From the NCBI GenBank assembly GCA_963747235.1, contig CAVVEU010000028.1:1-64000 (forward strand): a stretch of 64,000 nucleotides of DNA, given 5' to 3'. Shown here one piece after another: positions 42,019 through 51,562 of the stretch; position 1 is the stretch's first letter, and every line of letters begins with the position of its first letter. This DNA is from an uncultured Candidatus Rokubacteria bacterium (GTDB lineage Bacteria; Methylomirabilota; Methylomirabilia; Rokubacteriales; CSP1-6). The position numbers and the translations under genes were made by a program. The notes beneath the pieces are model-generated. The model did not search any database. It saw only the letters and a program-made list of their open reading frames with translations, and was not told the DNA's origin.

Positions 42019-42686
42019 GGAGAGATCACGTGCTCGGTGGTGATGATGATCGGCAGCTCGCCGGGCGCGATGAAGTTCGGCTCGTCGGCCCGGACGCGCG
42101 CGTACTGCGCGGTCACGGCCGACGCGCGCATCGCCTGCGTGTCGTCGAACCACGTGATGGCCAGGCCGTCGTAGGCGGGGATCCGCCCGCGCTCGTAGGC
42201 GGACGGGCGCGTGGGGCTCTGCACGTAGCGGCGGATCATCGGGATCTGCGCGGCGAGCGGACCGTGGACCTCCTTCCAGTGGCGCCGGAACTCGTCCAGC
42301 GCGAGGCCGGGCTTGCGGACGACGAACTCGACGTTCTTCGCGGCCCCGGGCGGCACGGGATCGTCCTTGATCACGTGCTCGTCGGTGAGGATCACGCGCT
42401 TCGTCGCGGAGTCCATGAAGCGGGGCTCGTCGGCGTCGACCGCGGCCAGCGCGTCGGTGCCACGGAGAGCGTGCATCGCCTGGCTGTCGTCGAACCAGAC
42501 CTCGGCGATGCCATCGTAGATCGGCTCGCCCTTCCGGTAGCCAGCCAGCCGCGTATGCGACTGCACGTAGCGCCGGATCCCCGGCAGCCGGACGACCACC
42601 GCGGGATGGCGCTCGCGCCAGTAGGCCTGGAACTCCTCCACCGCCATCCCGGCCTTCCGCTTCAGGCAGGTCACGACCTTGATCAC
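42015..42686 (-). CDS. Tandem EthD-domain protein
   Basis: Two repeats of EF..YW...H..RRYVQS..YDG.A..WFDD. Confidence 0.85.
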   Translation of the reverse strand: MIKVVTCLKRKAGMAVEEFQAYWRERHPAVVVRLPGIRRYVQSHTRLAGYRKGEPIYDGIAEVWFDDSQAMHALRGTDALAAVDADEPRFMDSATKRVILTDEHVIKDDPVPPGAAKNVEFVVRKPGLALDEFRRHWKEVHGPLAAQIPMIRRYVQSPTRPSAYERGRIPAYDGLAITWFDDTQAMRASAVTAQYARVRADEPNFIAPGELPIIITTEHVISP

Positions 42687-42748
42687 GCGGGGACTATAGC
42701 AGCCGGCCGCGCCTTGACGCCACCGCGGCCCCCGTGCACTATCCGCCC

Positions 42749-43892
42749 ATGCCTCCCGCCGCCACGGGACGAGTCGTCGATGCCGACGGTCACGTGCTGG
42801 AGCCCGCCGACACCTGGGTCCGGTACCTCGACCCGTCGTATCGGGATCGGGCCATCCGCATCGACACGGACGCGGACGGCTACGAGGTGCTCCTGATCGA
42901 CGGCCGACCGCTGAAGACGTTGCGCGGCCAGCTCGGCTCGCTCGGCGGCATCGAGATGGACATGGAGCGCCTGCTCACCAGGGGGCAGGTGACCTACGCC
43001 GAAGGCAGCCCGGCCGGCGGCTACGATCCGCACGCGCGCCTTGCCGTGATGGATGCCGAGGGCATCGACAGCGTCCTGCTCTACCCGACGATCGGCATCT
43101 GCTGGGAAGGACACGTCACCGACGCCTCACTGGCCACCGCCTACACCCGGGCCTACAATCGCTGGCTGGTCGAGTTCTGCCAGGCCGATCCGAAGCGCCT
43201 GCACCCGGTCGCGCACATCTCCCTGCTGGACGCCGAGGGCGCCGTCGCGGAGACGCTGCGCGCCCGCGCGGAGGGGTGCGTGGGCGTCTTCCTCTCGCCG
43301 GACGTCGCGGCCCGGGGCGGCCGTCACTTCGACGACCCCGCGTTCGCCCGCTTCTGGGAGACGGTGCAGGATCTCGAGATGCCGGTCGCGTTCCACGTGG
43401 TCGTGCGCGACCACCAGTGGTTCCGTCCGTGGCAGCGGTACGATCCCTCGGACGGCCTGTTCGGCTTCGCCTTCCTGGCCATCGACGTGATGGCGGCCTT
43501 CACCCAGATGCTCTGCTCCGGCATGTTCGAGCGATACCCGCGGCTGCAAGTGCGCGGTCCTGGAGGCGGGGTCGAACTGGATCGCCTCCTGGCTCGACCG
43601 GCTGGACCACAAGCACCGCGTGATGGCGCACCGCACGCCGATCCGCATGGCGCCGAGCGCGTACTTCTACCGCCAGTGCCTGATCTCGGCCGACCCGGAC
43701 GAGTCCTTGACCGCCCAGATGGTCGAGCATCTGGGGGCCGACTACTTCATCTGGGCCTCGGACTATCCCCACATCGACGCGTCGATGGGCGTCGTCCGGG
43801 AGCTGCGCGAGCGGCTCGCGCCCCTTCCCGCCGAGGCGCGCCGCAAGGTGCTGGGCGACAACGCCCTGCGGTTCTACAAGCTGGCCGGCTGA
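42749..43892 (+). CDS. Amidohydrolase family protein (frameshift near 43548)
   Basis: VVDADGHVLEP, VAFHV, WASDYPHID. Confidence 0.85.
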
Positions 43893-44167
43893 TCCCCCGG
43901 CCCGCTCACCTTTCCGAGCTGGGGCTGACCTGGGGCCCTGACGATGCTCTCGCCGGGTCGTCGCGCGATGAAGCGCGCCGCGACCACCGAGACGATCACG
44001 AGGACGGACAGCGCCGGCCAGCGGAGCGCCAGGCGCAAGACGGTCGCGACGGCGAGACGGCTCATGAGCGCCCCGCCCGCGGTCCGGGGCGCGGGCCTGG
44101 CCACGTCAAGCGCCGCGTCGATGCGGTTCATCACCCGGCGCCGGATCGCGCGGGTGAGAATGTTCAT
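43874..44167 (-). CDS. Small hypothetical membrane protein
   Basis: ATGA overlap with upstream gene; hydrophobic stretch. Confidence 0.45.
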   Translation of the reverse strand: MNILTRAIRRRVMNRIDAALDVARPAPRTAGGALMSRLAVATVLRLALRWPALSVLVIVSVVAARFIARRPGESIVRAPGQPQLGKVSGPGDQPASL

Positions 44168-44415
44168 CCGGCGTTCCTCGATCCTTCTACGCGGCCGCCC
44201 GCGCGGACCCGTTCCCGAGCCGACTCGAGTCGCGACGACAGCTGCCCCTTCGCCTGATCGAGCAGCACCTCGGACTTCTCCTGCACGGTCCGGAGCAGCC
44301 CGTCGATCGTGTCCCGCGCCGGAGCCGAGTTCCCGCTCACGTACTCACGGAGCGTGTCCCGGTATTTCCACATGACCATCCCACCCGCGATTGCTACGAG
44401 GACCCGTCCCAGCAT
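44164..44415 (-). CDS. Small hypothetical protein (N-terminal TM plus amphipathic helix, YtxH-like)
   Basis: AAGGAGGA RBS; sigma-54 motif upstream. Confidence 0.65.
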   Translation of the reverse strand: MLGRVLVAIAGGMVMWKYRDTLREYVSGNSAPARDTIDGLLRTVQEKSEVLLDQAKGQLSSRLESARERVRAGGRVEGSRNAG

Positions 44416-44448
44416 GTGTTATCCTCCTTGTGCCTGGAGGTCCGAGCA

Positions 44449-44463
44449 GCAAGGCCCGTGCCG
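44449..44463 (-). promoter_or_regulatory. Sigma-54 (-24/-12) promoter
   Basis: CGGCACGGGCCTTGC = GG-N10-GC, near consensus TGGCACG-N4-TTGC. Confidence 0.7.
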
Positions 44464-44608
44464 CGCCTGGAAATGGGCCTTGTTTCACCTGATCCGAACG
44501 GTTCGGGGGAGATCGGACGCATCGGAGCTCCTCGTTCGGTAGGAAGGAGTCGGACCTTTCTACACGGTCACGCCCTGGAGTCGCGTGCGCGCGTCGCGAT
44601 AGGGCCCG

Positions 44609-45373
44609 TCAGGCGTCCGGCGTGACGGTGCGATCCACCACGCTCAGGCCTTCCAGCGCGAGACCGTAGCCCAGGTAGTCGATGAGCTGCCGCTTGAGCG
44701 GCTGGGTGAACAGCACGCGCGTGTAGCGCAGGAGGAGGGCGGGCTGCCGCGCGATCTGCTCGGCCAGTGCCCAGGCGCGGGGCAGCAGCTCGGGACGCGG
44801 GAGCAGCTCGCTGACCAGGCCCAGCTCGAGCGCCTTCGCCGCGTCGAGGACCTGCCCGGTCAGCAGGAAGTACCGGCCGCGGTTCCAGCCCAGCAGCAGC
44901 GGGTAGATGATGTGCATGCCGTCGCCCGGCACCATCCCGTTCGGGAAATGGGCGGAGTCCTGGAACCGCACGTCATCGGCGGCCAGCACGATGTCGCAGA
45001 GCAGCGGGATCTCGGAGTGCCGCCACGCCGGCCCGTTGATGGCGCTGATCATCGGCACCTCGATGTCGAGCAGGCTCATCAGGAGGTGCTTGCCCTCCCA
45101 GTAGACGCGATCCCACTGGGCCGGCGTGCTGCGCATGCCGGTGCCCCCGGCCGCCTGGGGGCCGGAGAAGACGTCGCCGGTGCCGGTGAGGATGACGACC
45201 TTGTTCTCGGGATCGCCGCCCACGTCGCGGAACGCCTGAGGGAACTCGCCGTGGGGCAAGAGCCCCCACTGCAAGGGACCGCCGCCGGTGTGGAACGTCA
45301 TCTGGAGGATGCCGTCGCGGCGCTCCATGCGGATGGTCTGGTACTTCGTCGCGTAGTCGTCGAATCGCGCCAT
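44609..45373 (-). CDS. Crotonase superfamily, 6-oxocamphor hydrolase (beta-diketone hydrolase)-like
   Basis: YATKYQTIRMER, NKVVILTGTG, FQDSAHFPNGMVPGDG, RGRYFLLTGQ resemble OCH/CamK. Confidence 0.8.
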   Translation of the reverse strand: MARFDDYATKYQTIRMERRDGILQMTFHTGGGPLQWGLLPHGEFPQAFRDVGGDPENKVVILTGTGDVFSGPQAAGGTGMRSTPAQWDRVYWEGKHLLMSLLDIEVPMISAINGPAWRHSEIPLLCDIVLAADDVRFQDSAHFPNGMVPGDGMHIIYPLLLGWNRGRYFLLTGQVLDAAKALELGLVSELLPRPELLPRAWALAEQIARQPALLLRYTRVLFTQPLKRQLIDYLGYGLALEGLSVVDRTVTPDA

Positions 45374-45452
45374 CGGATGTCGTCTCCCTGGACCGGGAGA
45401 TTACTCGAAACGCCAGCGCGGTGACAGCCGCTTCGCGTGATAGTCTCGCGCA

Positions 45453-46752
45453 ATGCCCCGATCTGGCCCGACCGCGCGCGCCGGCTGGCGGGCGCGACTC
45501 GGCGACCCGATGACGGGCGCGGTGCTCGCGCTCGGCATCACCCAGATCACCGCCTGGGGGACGAGCTACTACTGTCTCGGCGTGCTGGCGGGGCCGATCA
45601 GCCAGGACACCGGCTGGAGCCGCGGCTTCGTCTTCCTCGGCTTCACCGTCGCCCTGCTCGCCATGGGGCTCGTCTCGAGCACGGTGGGCCGGGCCATCGA
45701 CCGGCACGGCGGACGCGCGGTGATGACGCTCGGCACCGTGCTCGTGTCCGCCGGCCTGTTCGCCCTCGCCCACGTCCACCGCGAGCCGGCTTATCTGGCG
45801 GTCTGGGTGTTCCTCGGCCTCGGCATGCGCATGTGCCTGTACGACGCCGCGTTCGCCGCGCTGGTGCAGGTCGCCCCCTCGCGTGGGCGGACGGCGATCT
45901 CCTACCTCACCCTGTTCGGGGCGTTCGCGTCGACGGTGTTCTGGGTGGTCGGCCACGCCCTGGAGGAGCAGGTCGGCTGGCGGCAGACCCTCGTCCTGTT
46001 CGCCCTCATCAATCTGGTGGTGTGCCTGCCGCTGCACTGGCTGCGGCCTCGCCCGGCGCGAGGCCGGCGAGGGCGTGGCCGCCCCGACGGGCAAGCCCGC
46101 GGCGTCCCCGGACGGCCCGCCGCTCGAAGGGCGCGCGCGCTCGGTCGCCATCGCGCTCTTCGCCCTCATCATGTCGCTCAACGGGTTCGTGTTCGGCGTC
46201 ATCTCGGTGCAGCTCGTCCCGATGCTCGAGGCCGCGGGTCTGATGACGGCGGCCGCGGTCTGGGTCGCCTCGATGAAGGGCGTCGCCCAGTTCGGCGGGC
46301 GGGTGGTCGAGATCCTGTTCGCCCGCAACCTCCGGGCGATCACGGTGGGCCGCATCGCGGTCGGCATCCTGCCCCCGACGCTGCTCTTGCTGCTGTTCGG
46401 GACCGGGAGCCTGTCGATGGTCGTCGCGTTCACGCTGCTCATGGGCGCATCCCAGGGCGTCATCACGATCGTCCGGGGCGCGGTACCGCTCGCGCTGTTC
46501 GGCGTGAAGGGGTATGGCGCCGTGCTCGGCGCCATCGCCACGCCGGTGCTCGTCGTCAACGCCGCCTCGCCCACCGCCTTCGCGTGGATCGTGGACCGCT
46601 GGGGCTGGGGGACGGCGCGCGTGGTGCTCCTGGTGAGCTGTTCCGCCGGGTGGCTCGCGATGGAGCTGATGTCGCGCTGGTACGAGCGCCAGCGGGAGGC
46701 CGTCGGTGGCGGCCCGGCGGCGCGGCCACCGGGCGCGCCACGCAAGACCTAG
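45453..46752 (+). CDS. MFS transporter (frameshift near 46042)
   Basis: LGITQITAWGTSYY, GRAIDRHGGR, LYDAAFAAL. Confidence 0.85.
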
Positions 46753-46759
46753 AACGTCA

Positions 46760-46942
46760 TCACGACGCCTTCCGTTGGTTGGCCAGGGTGCGCGCCTCAG
46801 CGGAACGGACTCCGGCCCGGGCCTTCGCTTCTGCTTTGGCTTCCTTCTCTTGCTTCGCGCTCTTGCGGAGACGAGCGAAATGCGCGGCATCGGCGGCTTC
46901 GATCTTCTGGATGAGGGCGAGCATCCTGGGGCTGATTGCCAT
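46760..46942 (-). CDS. Small basic helical hypothetical protein (60 aa)
   Basis: GGAGGGAG RBS-like sequence, MAISPRMLALIQKIE..., K/R/A rich. Confidence 0.45.
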   Translation of the reverse strand: MAISPRMLALIQKIEAADAAHFARLRKSAKQEKEAKAEAKARAGVRSAEARTLANQRKAS

Positions 46943-47443
46943 TGAGGCTCCCTCCCGCGGGGAACGGAATCGGCTCCAACAGAGACATAGTACCGCCACC
47001 CGGAGCGCGCCGCTGATCAAGTCACGGGGCAACGGGCGGTGAGGCGAGCGCGGGAGCGGGCCCCGCCTACGGAGCTGGCAAATACGCCGCGAGATCCCCC
47101 TCGGTCTGCTCGAGCCGGCGCGCGAGTTCCCGAATCCACGCTCGCCATCACTTCGATGACGAGGCGCTCCGCACTCTACGGCGCCTCGCGGCTCGGCGCG
47201 CCGGTCCAGATCCGTGGCCATCTGGTCAAGTCCTCTCTGCCAGGTTTCGCCCACCACCGTCGTGGACGCGCGCGAAGAACGGCAGGGAGGTGGACGATCA
47301 CTTACGGCGGGCGCGCGATCCAGTTCTCGATGGCCGACCACTCCATGATCGCCCCATCGAGACGTCCGGCAAGCCCGGAATCGGAACGGCCCAAGGTAGC
47401 GGGAGTGGCAGGACGCCACGCTTCGTCTAACCGAGTGATTGAT

Positions 47444-47521
47444 TGGCGGGCTCGACGGGATTTGAACCCGCGACCTCTGGATTGACAGTCCAGTGTGCTA
47501 ACCAGGCTGCACCACGAGCCC
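47444..47521 (-). tRNA. tRNA-Asp (GTC)
   Basis: Cloverleaf: GGGCTCG/CGAGCCC acceptor stem, CTGGA-CTGTCAA-TCCAG anticodon arm, TTCAAAT T-loop, encoded CCA. Confidence 0.96.
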
Positions 47522-47570
47522 GAAGGATTACCGTAACCGTGTAGTTGTACCACGCGACCTCCCGGCCTGT

Positions 47571-48170
47571 CTATCCGCCCACCGCGGGGCGGCGCGGGGC
47601 GCACTCGAGGCCGGCGGTCCAGGCGAGCTGCCGGGGGTAGCGGCCCAGCAGGTCGGCGATCTCGTCGCACGGGGGCCGGTGGCCGAGCAGGTCCTCGCCG
47701 GGGGCCCGGAGCAGGCGGCGGTGGACGTTGAGCAGGTAGCTGTAGACCATGCGCAGGGACTGGTCCTCCGGCACCTGGCGCACCCAGGCCAGGATCTCCA
47801 CCGCCTTGGCATTGGCGTCCAGCTCGCGCTGCTCGACCTCCCGCCGGCGGGCGTCGGTGGTGGCGCCGACCAGGGGCGCGTCGTGGCCCAGGACATAGTG
47901 GGCCAGCTCGTGCGCCACGATGGCGTCGCGGAACTCCGAGCCCAGCACCAGGCGGTTCACCGCGAAGAACCCGCGCCGATAGGACCCGACCGGGCTGTCC
48001 GGGTTGTGGCTCACCAGCACGTGGATGGGCTCCAGGCCGTAGCGGCGGGCGGTCTCGTCCGCGAAGGCGCGGACCTCGTCGAGGCTCCGGTCCTGGCCGG
48101 GGGTCAGCGTCGAGCAGGCGGCCGCCAGCGCCGCCGTCGCCACGAGCCCCGCCAGCCGCGACGCCCTCAT
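47571..48170 (-). CDS. M48-like zinc metallopeptidase lipoprotein
   Basis: LAAAC lipobox, AHELAH, ELDAN. Confidence 0.75.
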   Translation of the reverse strand: MRASRLAGLVATAALAAACSTLTPGQDRSLDEVRAFADETARRYGLEPIHVLVSHNPDSPVGSYRRGFFAVNRLVLGSEFRDAIVAHELAHYVLGHDAPLVGATTDARRREVEQRELDANAKAVEILAWVRQVPEDQSLRMVYSYLLNVHRRLLRAPGEDLLGHRPPCDEIADLLGRYPRQLAWTAGLECAPRRPAVGG

Positions 48171-48208
48171 GGCGGAAGTCTAGCAAACAGGGCAGAATGT
48201 GGCTCGCC

Positions 48209-49969
48209 ATGACGACCCCGACGACGACCCCAACGACTCCATCAACGCTCCGCAGCCGCAACTGGTTCGCCCCCAAGAACCTCGACGGCTTCATGCACCG
48301 CGCGTATCTGAAGGCCGAGGGCTTCAGCGACGCGGTCTTCGACGGCCGCCCGGTGATCGGGATCTGCAACTCGTGGTCCGAGCTGAACAACTGCAACGCC
48401 CACCTGCGGCAGGTGGCGGAGGCGGTCAAGCGCGGGGTGTGGAGCGCGGGCGGCTTCCCGCTCGAGTTCCCGGTGATCTCGCTCGGCGAGATCCTGATGA
48501 AGCCCACCACGATGCTCTTCCGCAACCTGATGGCGATGGACGTGGAGGAGTGCATCCGCGCCTATCCCCTCGACTCGGTCGTGCTGCTCGCCGCCTGCGA
48601 CAAGACCACGCCCGCCATGCTGATGGGCGCGGCCTCCGCGGACGTGCCCGCCATCATGGTGACGGGCGGGCCGATGCTCAAGGGCATGTGGTGCAACCAG
48701 GAGCTCGGCTCGGGCACGGACGCGCGCAAGATGTGGGCGCAGCGCCGGGCCGGCGAGATCACCGACGAGGTGATGGCGGAGGTCGAGGCCTGCCTCTCGC
48801 GCTCCAGCGGGCACTGCATGGTGATGGGCACCGCGTCCACGATGGCCGCGATGGCCGAGACGCTCGGCCTGGCCCTGCCGGGCAACGCGGCGATCCCCGC
48901 GGCGGACTCGCGGCGCCTGGCGCTGGCCGAGATGTCCGGCCGCCGCGCGGTGGAGATCGCGCTGGCGCGCGGGCCCAAGCCCTCCGAGATCCTGACCGCG
49001 GCGGCCTTCGACAACGCGATCCGCGCGGACATGGCCCTGGGCGGCTCCACCAACGCGATCGTGCACCTGGTGGCGCTCGCGGGGCGCGCGGGCGTGCCGC
49101 TGCCGATGCGCCGCTTCGACGAGCTGTCGCGCACCACGCCGCTGCTGGCCAACGTGCGGCCCTCGGGCAAGCACCTGATGGAGGATTTCTACTATGCGGG
49201 CGGCGTGCCCGCGGTGCTGCGCGAGCTGCTGCCGATGCTGGACGGCAACGCCCTCTCGGTCAACGGCAAGACGCTGCGGGAGAACGTGGCGGACGCGCCC
49301 TGCCACGACTCCGACATCATCCGGCCGCTCTCGCTGCCGCTCCAGCCCGAGGGCGGCACCGTGATCCTGACCGGCAACCTCTGCCCGGGCGGCGCGGTCC
49401 TCAAGCAGTCCGCCGCCTCCCCGCACCTGATGGTCCATCGCGGCCGCGCGGTGGTCTTCGAGGACCATCTCGATCTCGAGCGGCGCATCGACGACCCGTC
49501 GCTGCCCATCGACGAGAACTCCGTGCTGGTGCTCAAGCACGCCGGGCCCAAGGGCGGCCCCGGCATGCCCGAGTGGGGCGCCGCGCCGGTGCCCGCGCGC
49601 CTGCTGAAGGCGGGCGTGAAGGACCTGGTGCGCATCTCGGACGCGCGGATGAGCGGCACCTCCTACGGCACCGTGGTGCTGCACGTCACGCCGGAGTCCG
49701 CGGTGGGCGGCCCGCTGGCGCTGGTGCGGAATGGCGACGAGATCGAGCTGAACGTGCCGGAGCGCCGGCTGACCCTGCGCGTGCCCGACGAGGAGATCGC
49801 GCGGCGGCGCGCGGCGTGGAAGCCGCGGCCCGACGGCGTCACCAGCGGCTATCTCCGCATGTTCCTCGACCACGTGCTGCAGGCCGACGAGGGCGTGGAC
49901 TTCGACTTCCTGCGCGGCCGGCGCCCGGTGGTGGACGAGGACACCGCGCACGGCTCGAGGCTCGCCTGA
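48209..49969 (+). CDS. IlvD/Edd family dehydratase (sugar-acid dehydratase-like)
   Basis: NNCNAHL, CDKTTP, GHCMVMGTASTM, SDARMSGTSYG. Confidence 0.9.
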   Translation: MTTPTTTPTTPSTLRSRNWFAPKNLDGFMHRAYLKAEGFSDAVFDGRPVIGICNSWSELNNCNAHLRQVAEAVKRGVWSAGGFPLEFPVISLGEILMKPTTMLFRNLMAMDVEECIRAYPLDSVVLLAACDKTTPAMLMGAASADVPAIMVTGGPMLKGMWCNQELGSGTDARKMWAQRRAGEITDEVMAEVEACLSRSSGHCMVMGTASTMAAMAETLGLALPGNAAIPAADSRRLALAEMSGRRAVEIALARGPKPSEILTAAAFDNAIRADMALGGSTNAIVHLVALAGRAGVPLPMRRFDELSRTTPLLANVRPSGKHLMEDFYYAGGVPAVLRELLPMLDGNALSVNGKTLRENVADAPCHDSDIIRPLSLPLQPEGGTVILTGNLCPGGAVLKQSAASPHLMVHRGRAVVFEDHLDLERRIDDPSLPIDENSVLVLKHAGPKGGPGMPEWGAAPVPARLLKAGVKDLVRISDARMSGTSYGTVVLHVTPESAVGGPLALVRNGDEIELNVPERRLTLRVPDEEIARRRAAWKPRPDGVTSGYLRMFLDHVLQADEGVDFDFLRGRRPVVDEDTAHGSRLA

Positions 49970-49970
49970 G

Positions 49971-51197
49971 ATGGCCCCCGAATCAACAGTCGCCTCCACC
50001 GACGCGGTCGTCATCGGCTCGGGCGCCTTCGGCGCCTCCACCGCGTACCACCTGGCGAAGCGCGGCTTCAAGGTCACGCTGGTGGACCAGCACGCGCTGG
50101 GCTCGCAGACGTCGCCGCGCGCGGCCGGGCTCACCAGCAAGGCCGACACGATGCCCACGATGGCGCGCCTGCGCCACGAGGCCTGCGAGGCCTTCGAGCG
50201 CTTCGAGAGCGAGATGGGGCGCACGGTGGACTTCCACCGCTCGGGCAGCCTGCGCGCGGCCTACACCGACGCGGCGGTGGAGCGCGTGCGCATCGCGCAG
50301 GAGACCGCGCGCGTCTGCGGCATCGAGGCGCGCCTGATCGACGCCGCGGAGGCCGAGCGGCTGGCGCCCCACTTCAAGCCGGGCGCGGCGCGCGCGATCC
50401 TGCACGTGCCGAGCGACGGCTGGGTGGATCCGGCCAGGGTCGCGATCGGCTTCGCCACCCGCGCGGGCGAGCTGGGCGTGCGCCTGCTCCCCTTCACGCC
50501 CGTGCAGGGCCTGCTGAGCGAGGGCGGCCGCGCCACCGGCGTCATGACCCCGCGCGGCGAGATCCGCGCGCCGGTGGTGGTGGACGCGGCCGGCGGCTGG
50601 ACCGCGCGCGTGGCCGCGGGCGCCGGCATCCAGCTCCCGCTGATTCCCGTGCGCCATCAGCTCTTCATCACCGAGCCGATCGCCGGCGTGGAGCCGCTGC
50701 AGCCCATCGTGCGGCTGGTCGAGGCCAGCGTGTACGTGCGCTACGAGCAGGGCGGCCTGCTCTTCGGCGGCTACGAGGACGCCCCGCGCGTGCTCGGGCG
50801 CGAGGGCCTGCCGCCGGGCTTCCAGATCGCCGCGCTCGAGCTGGACCTGGGCGTCCTGCGCGCGCTGGTCAACGAGGTGGGCGCGCACTTCCCGGCCCTG
50901 CGCGACGCGAAGATCGCGGTGCACCGGGGCGGCGCGCCGACCATGACGCCCGACGGCCGGCCCATCGTGGGCCGCGTGCCCGGGCTCGACGGACTCTACG
51001 TGGCCTCGGGCTGCTGCGTGGGCGGGCTCAGCCTCTCCCCCGCCGCCGGCCGCGCCCTGGCCGACCTGATCGTGGACGGCAAGAGCGATCCCGATCTGGC
51101 CCCGATCTCGGTCGAGCGCTTCGCCGACGGCCACCGCGATCCCGCCGCCCTCGAGGCGGCCTGCGTGGCGCAGTACGCGCGCCGCTACACCCATTGA
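49971..51197 (+). CDS. FAD-dependent oxidoreductase (DAO family)
   Basis: VIGSGAFG, TSPRAAG, TPDGRPIVG. Confidence 0.88.
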   Translation: MAPESTVASTDAVVIGSGAFGASTAYHLAKRGFKVTLVDQHALGSQTSPRAAGLTSKADTMPTMARLRHEACEAFERFESEMGRTVDFHRSGSLRAAYTDAAVERVRIAQETARVCGIEARLIDAAEAERLAPHFKPGAARAILHVPSDGWVDPARVAIGFATRAGELGVRLLPFTPVQGLLSEGGRATGVMTPRGEIRAPVVVDAAGGWTARVAAGAGIQLPLIPVRHQLFITEPIAGVEPLQPIVRLVEASVYVRYEQGGLLFGGYEDAPRVLGREGLPPGFQIAALELDLGVLRALVNEVGAHFPALRDAKIAVHRGGAPTMTPDGRPIVGRVPGLDGLYVASGCCVGGLSLSPAAGRALADLIVDGKSDPDLAPISVERFADGHRDPAALEAACVAQYARRYTH

Positions 51198-51208
51198 GGA
51201 GACATCCC

Positions 51209-51556
51209 ATGGCCCGAGTCGACTGGAGCTATCACCGCAACGGCTGAATGACCTGCGCCAAGACGCAAGGGTTCCTTGCCAAGCACAAGGTCACGGTGGC
51301 GCAGCAAGCCGACGCGAAGAAAGCCACCATCAAGGGCGCGGCCGCGCTCGACGTGCTGGACGGCGTGGACGAGCTGTACGTGGCCAAGGGCAAGAAGATC
51401 GAGCACGTGGATCTGCGCAAGACCAGGCCGGATCGCGCCACGCTCCTGGCGCTGCTGCTGGGGCCGACCGGCAACCTGCGCGCGCCCACGCTGCGCAAGG
51501 GCCGCACGCTGATCGTCGGCTTCGAAGAGGCGACCTACAAGAAGGTGCTCGCGTAG
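51209..51556 (+). CDS. ArsC/Spx-like thioredoxin-fold selenoprotein (UxxC; TGA at 51245-51247)
   Basis: GAGGAG RBS, MARVDWSYHRNG-U-MTCAKTQ..., LLGPTGNLRAP..IVGF; hairpin downstream. Confidence 0.88.
51265..51279 (+). promoter_or_regulatory. Putative bacterial SECIS hairpin GCAAGG-GUU-CCUUGC
   Basis: Perfect 6-bp stem, GUU loop 23 nt after UGA; lower stem UGACCU/AGGUCA. Confidence 0.8.
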
Positions 51557-51562
51557 AGCGGC

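Noticed and set aside
39799-42153. 784-aa ORF apparently fusing EthD, MmgE and LLM regions
   Set aside because: Open off-frame run through a frameshift; the LLM gene has its own RBS and ATG at 40668.
48210-48245. ACGACCCC short repeats
   Set aside because: Low-complexity Thr/Pro N-terminal coding sequence.
6439-50337. Many long alternative-frame or antisense ORFs (e.g. 6439..8334, 10574..12895, 21775..24066, 48199..50337)
   Set aside because: Shadow ORFs of high-GC genes; R/A/G/P-rich with no family motifs.
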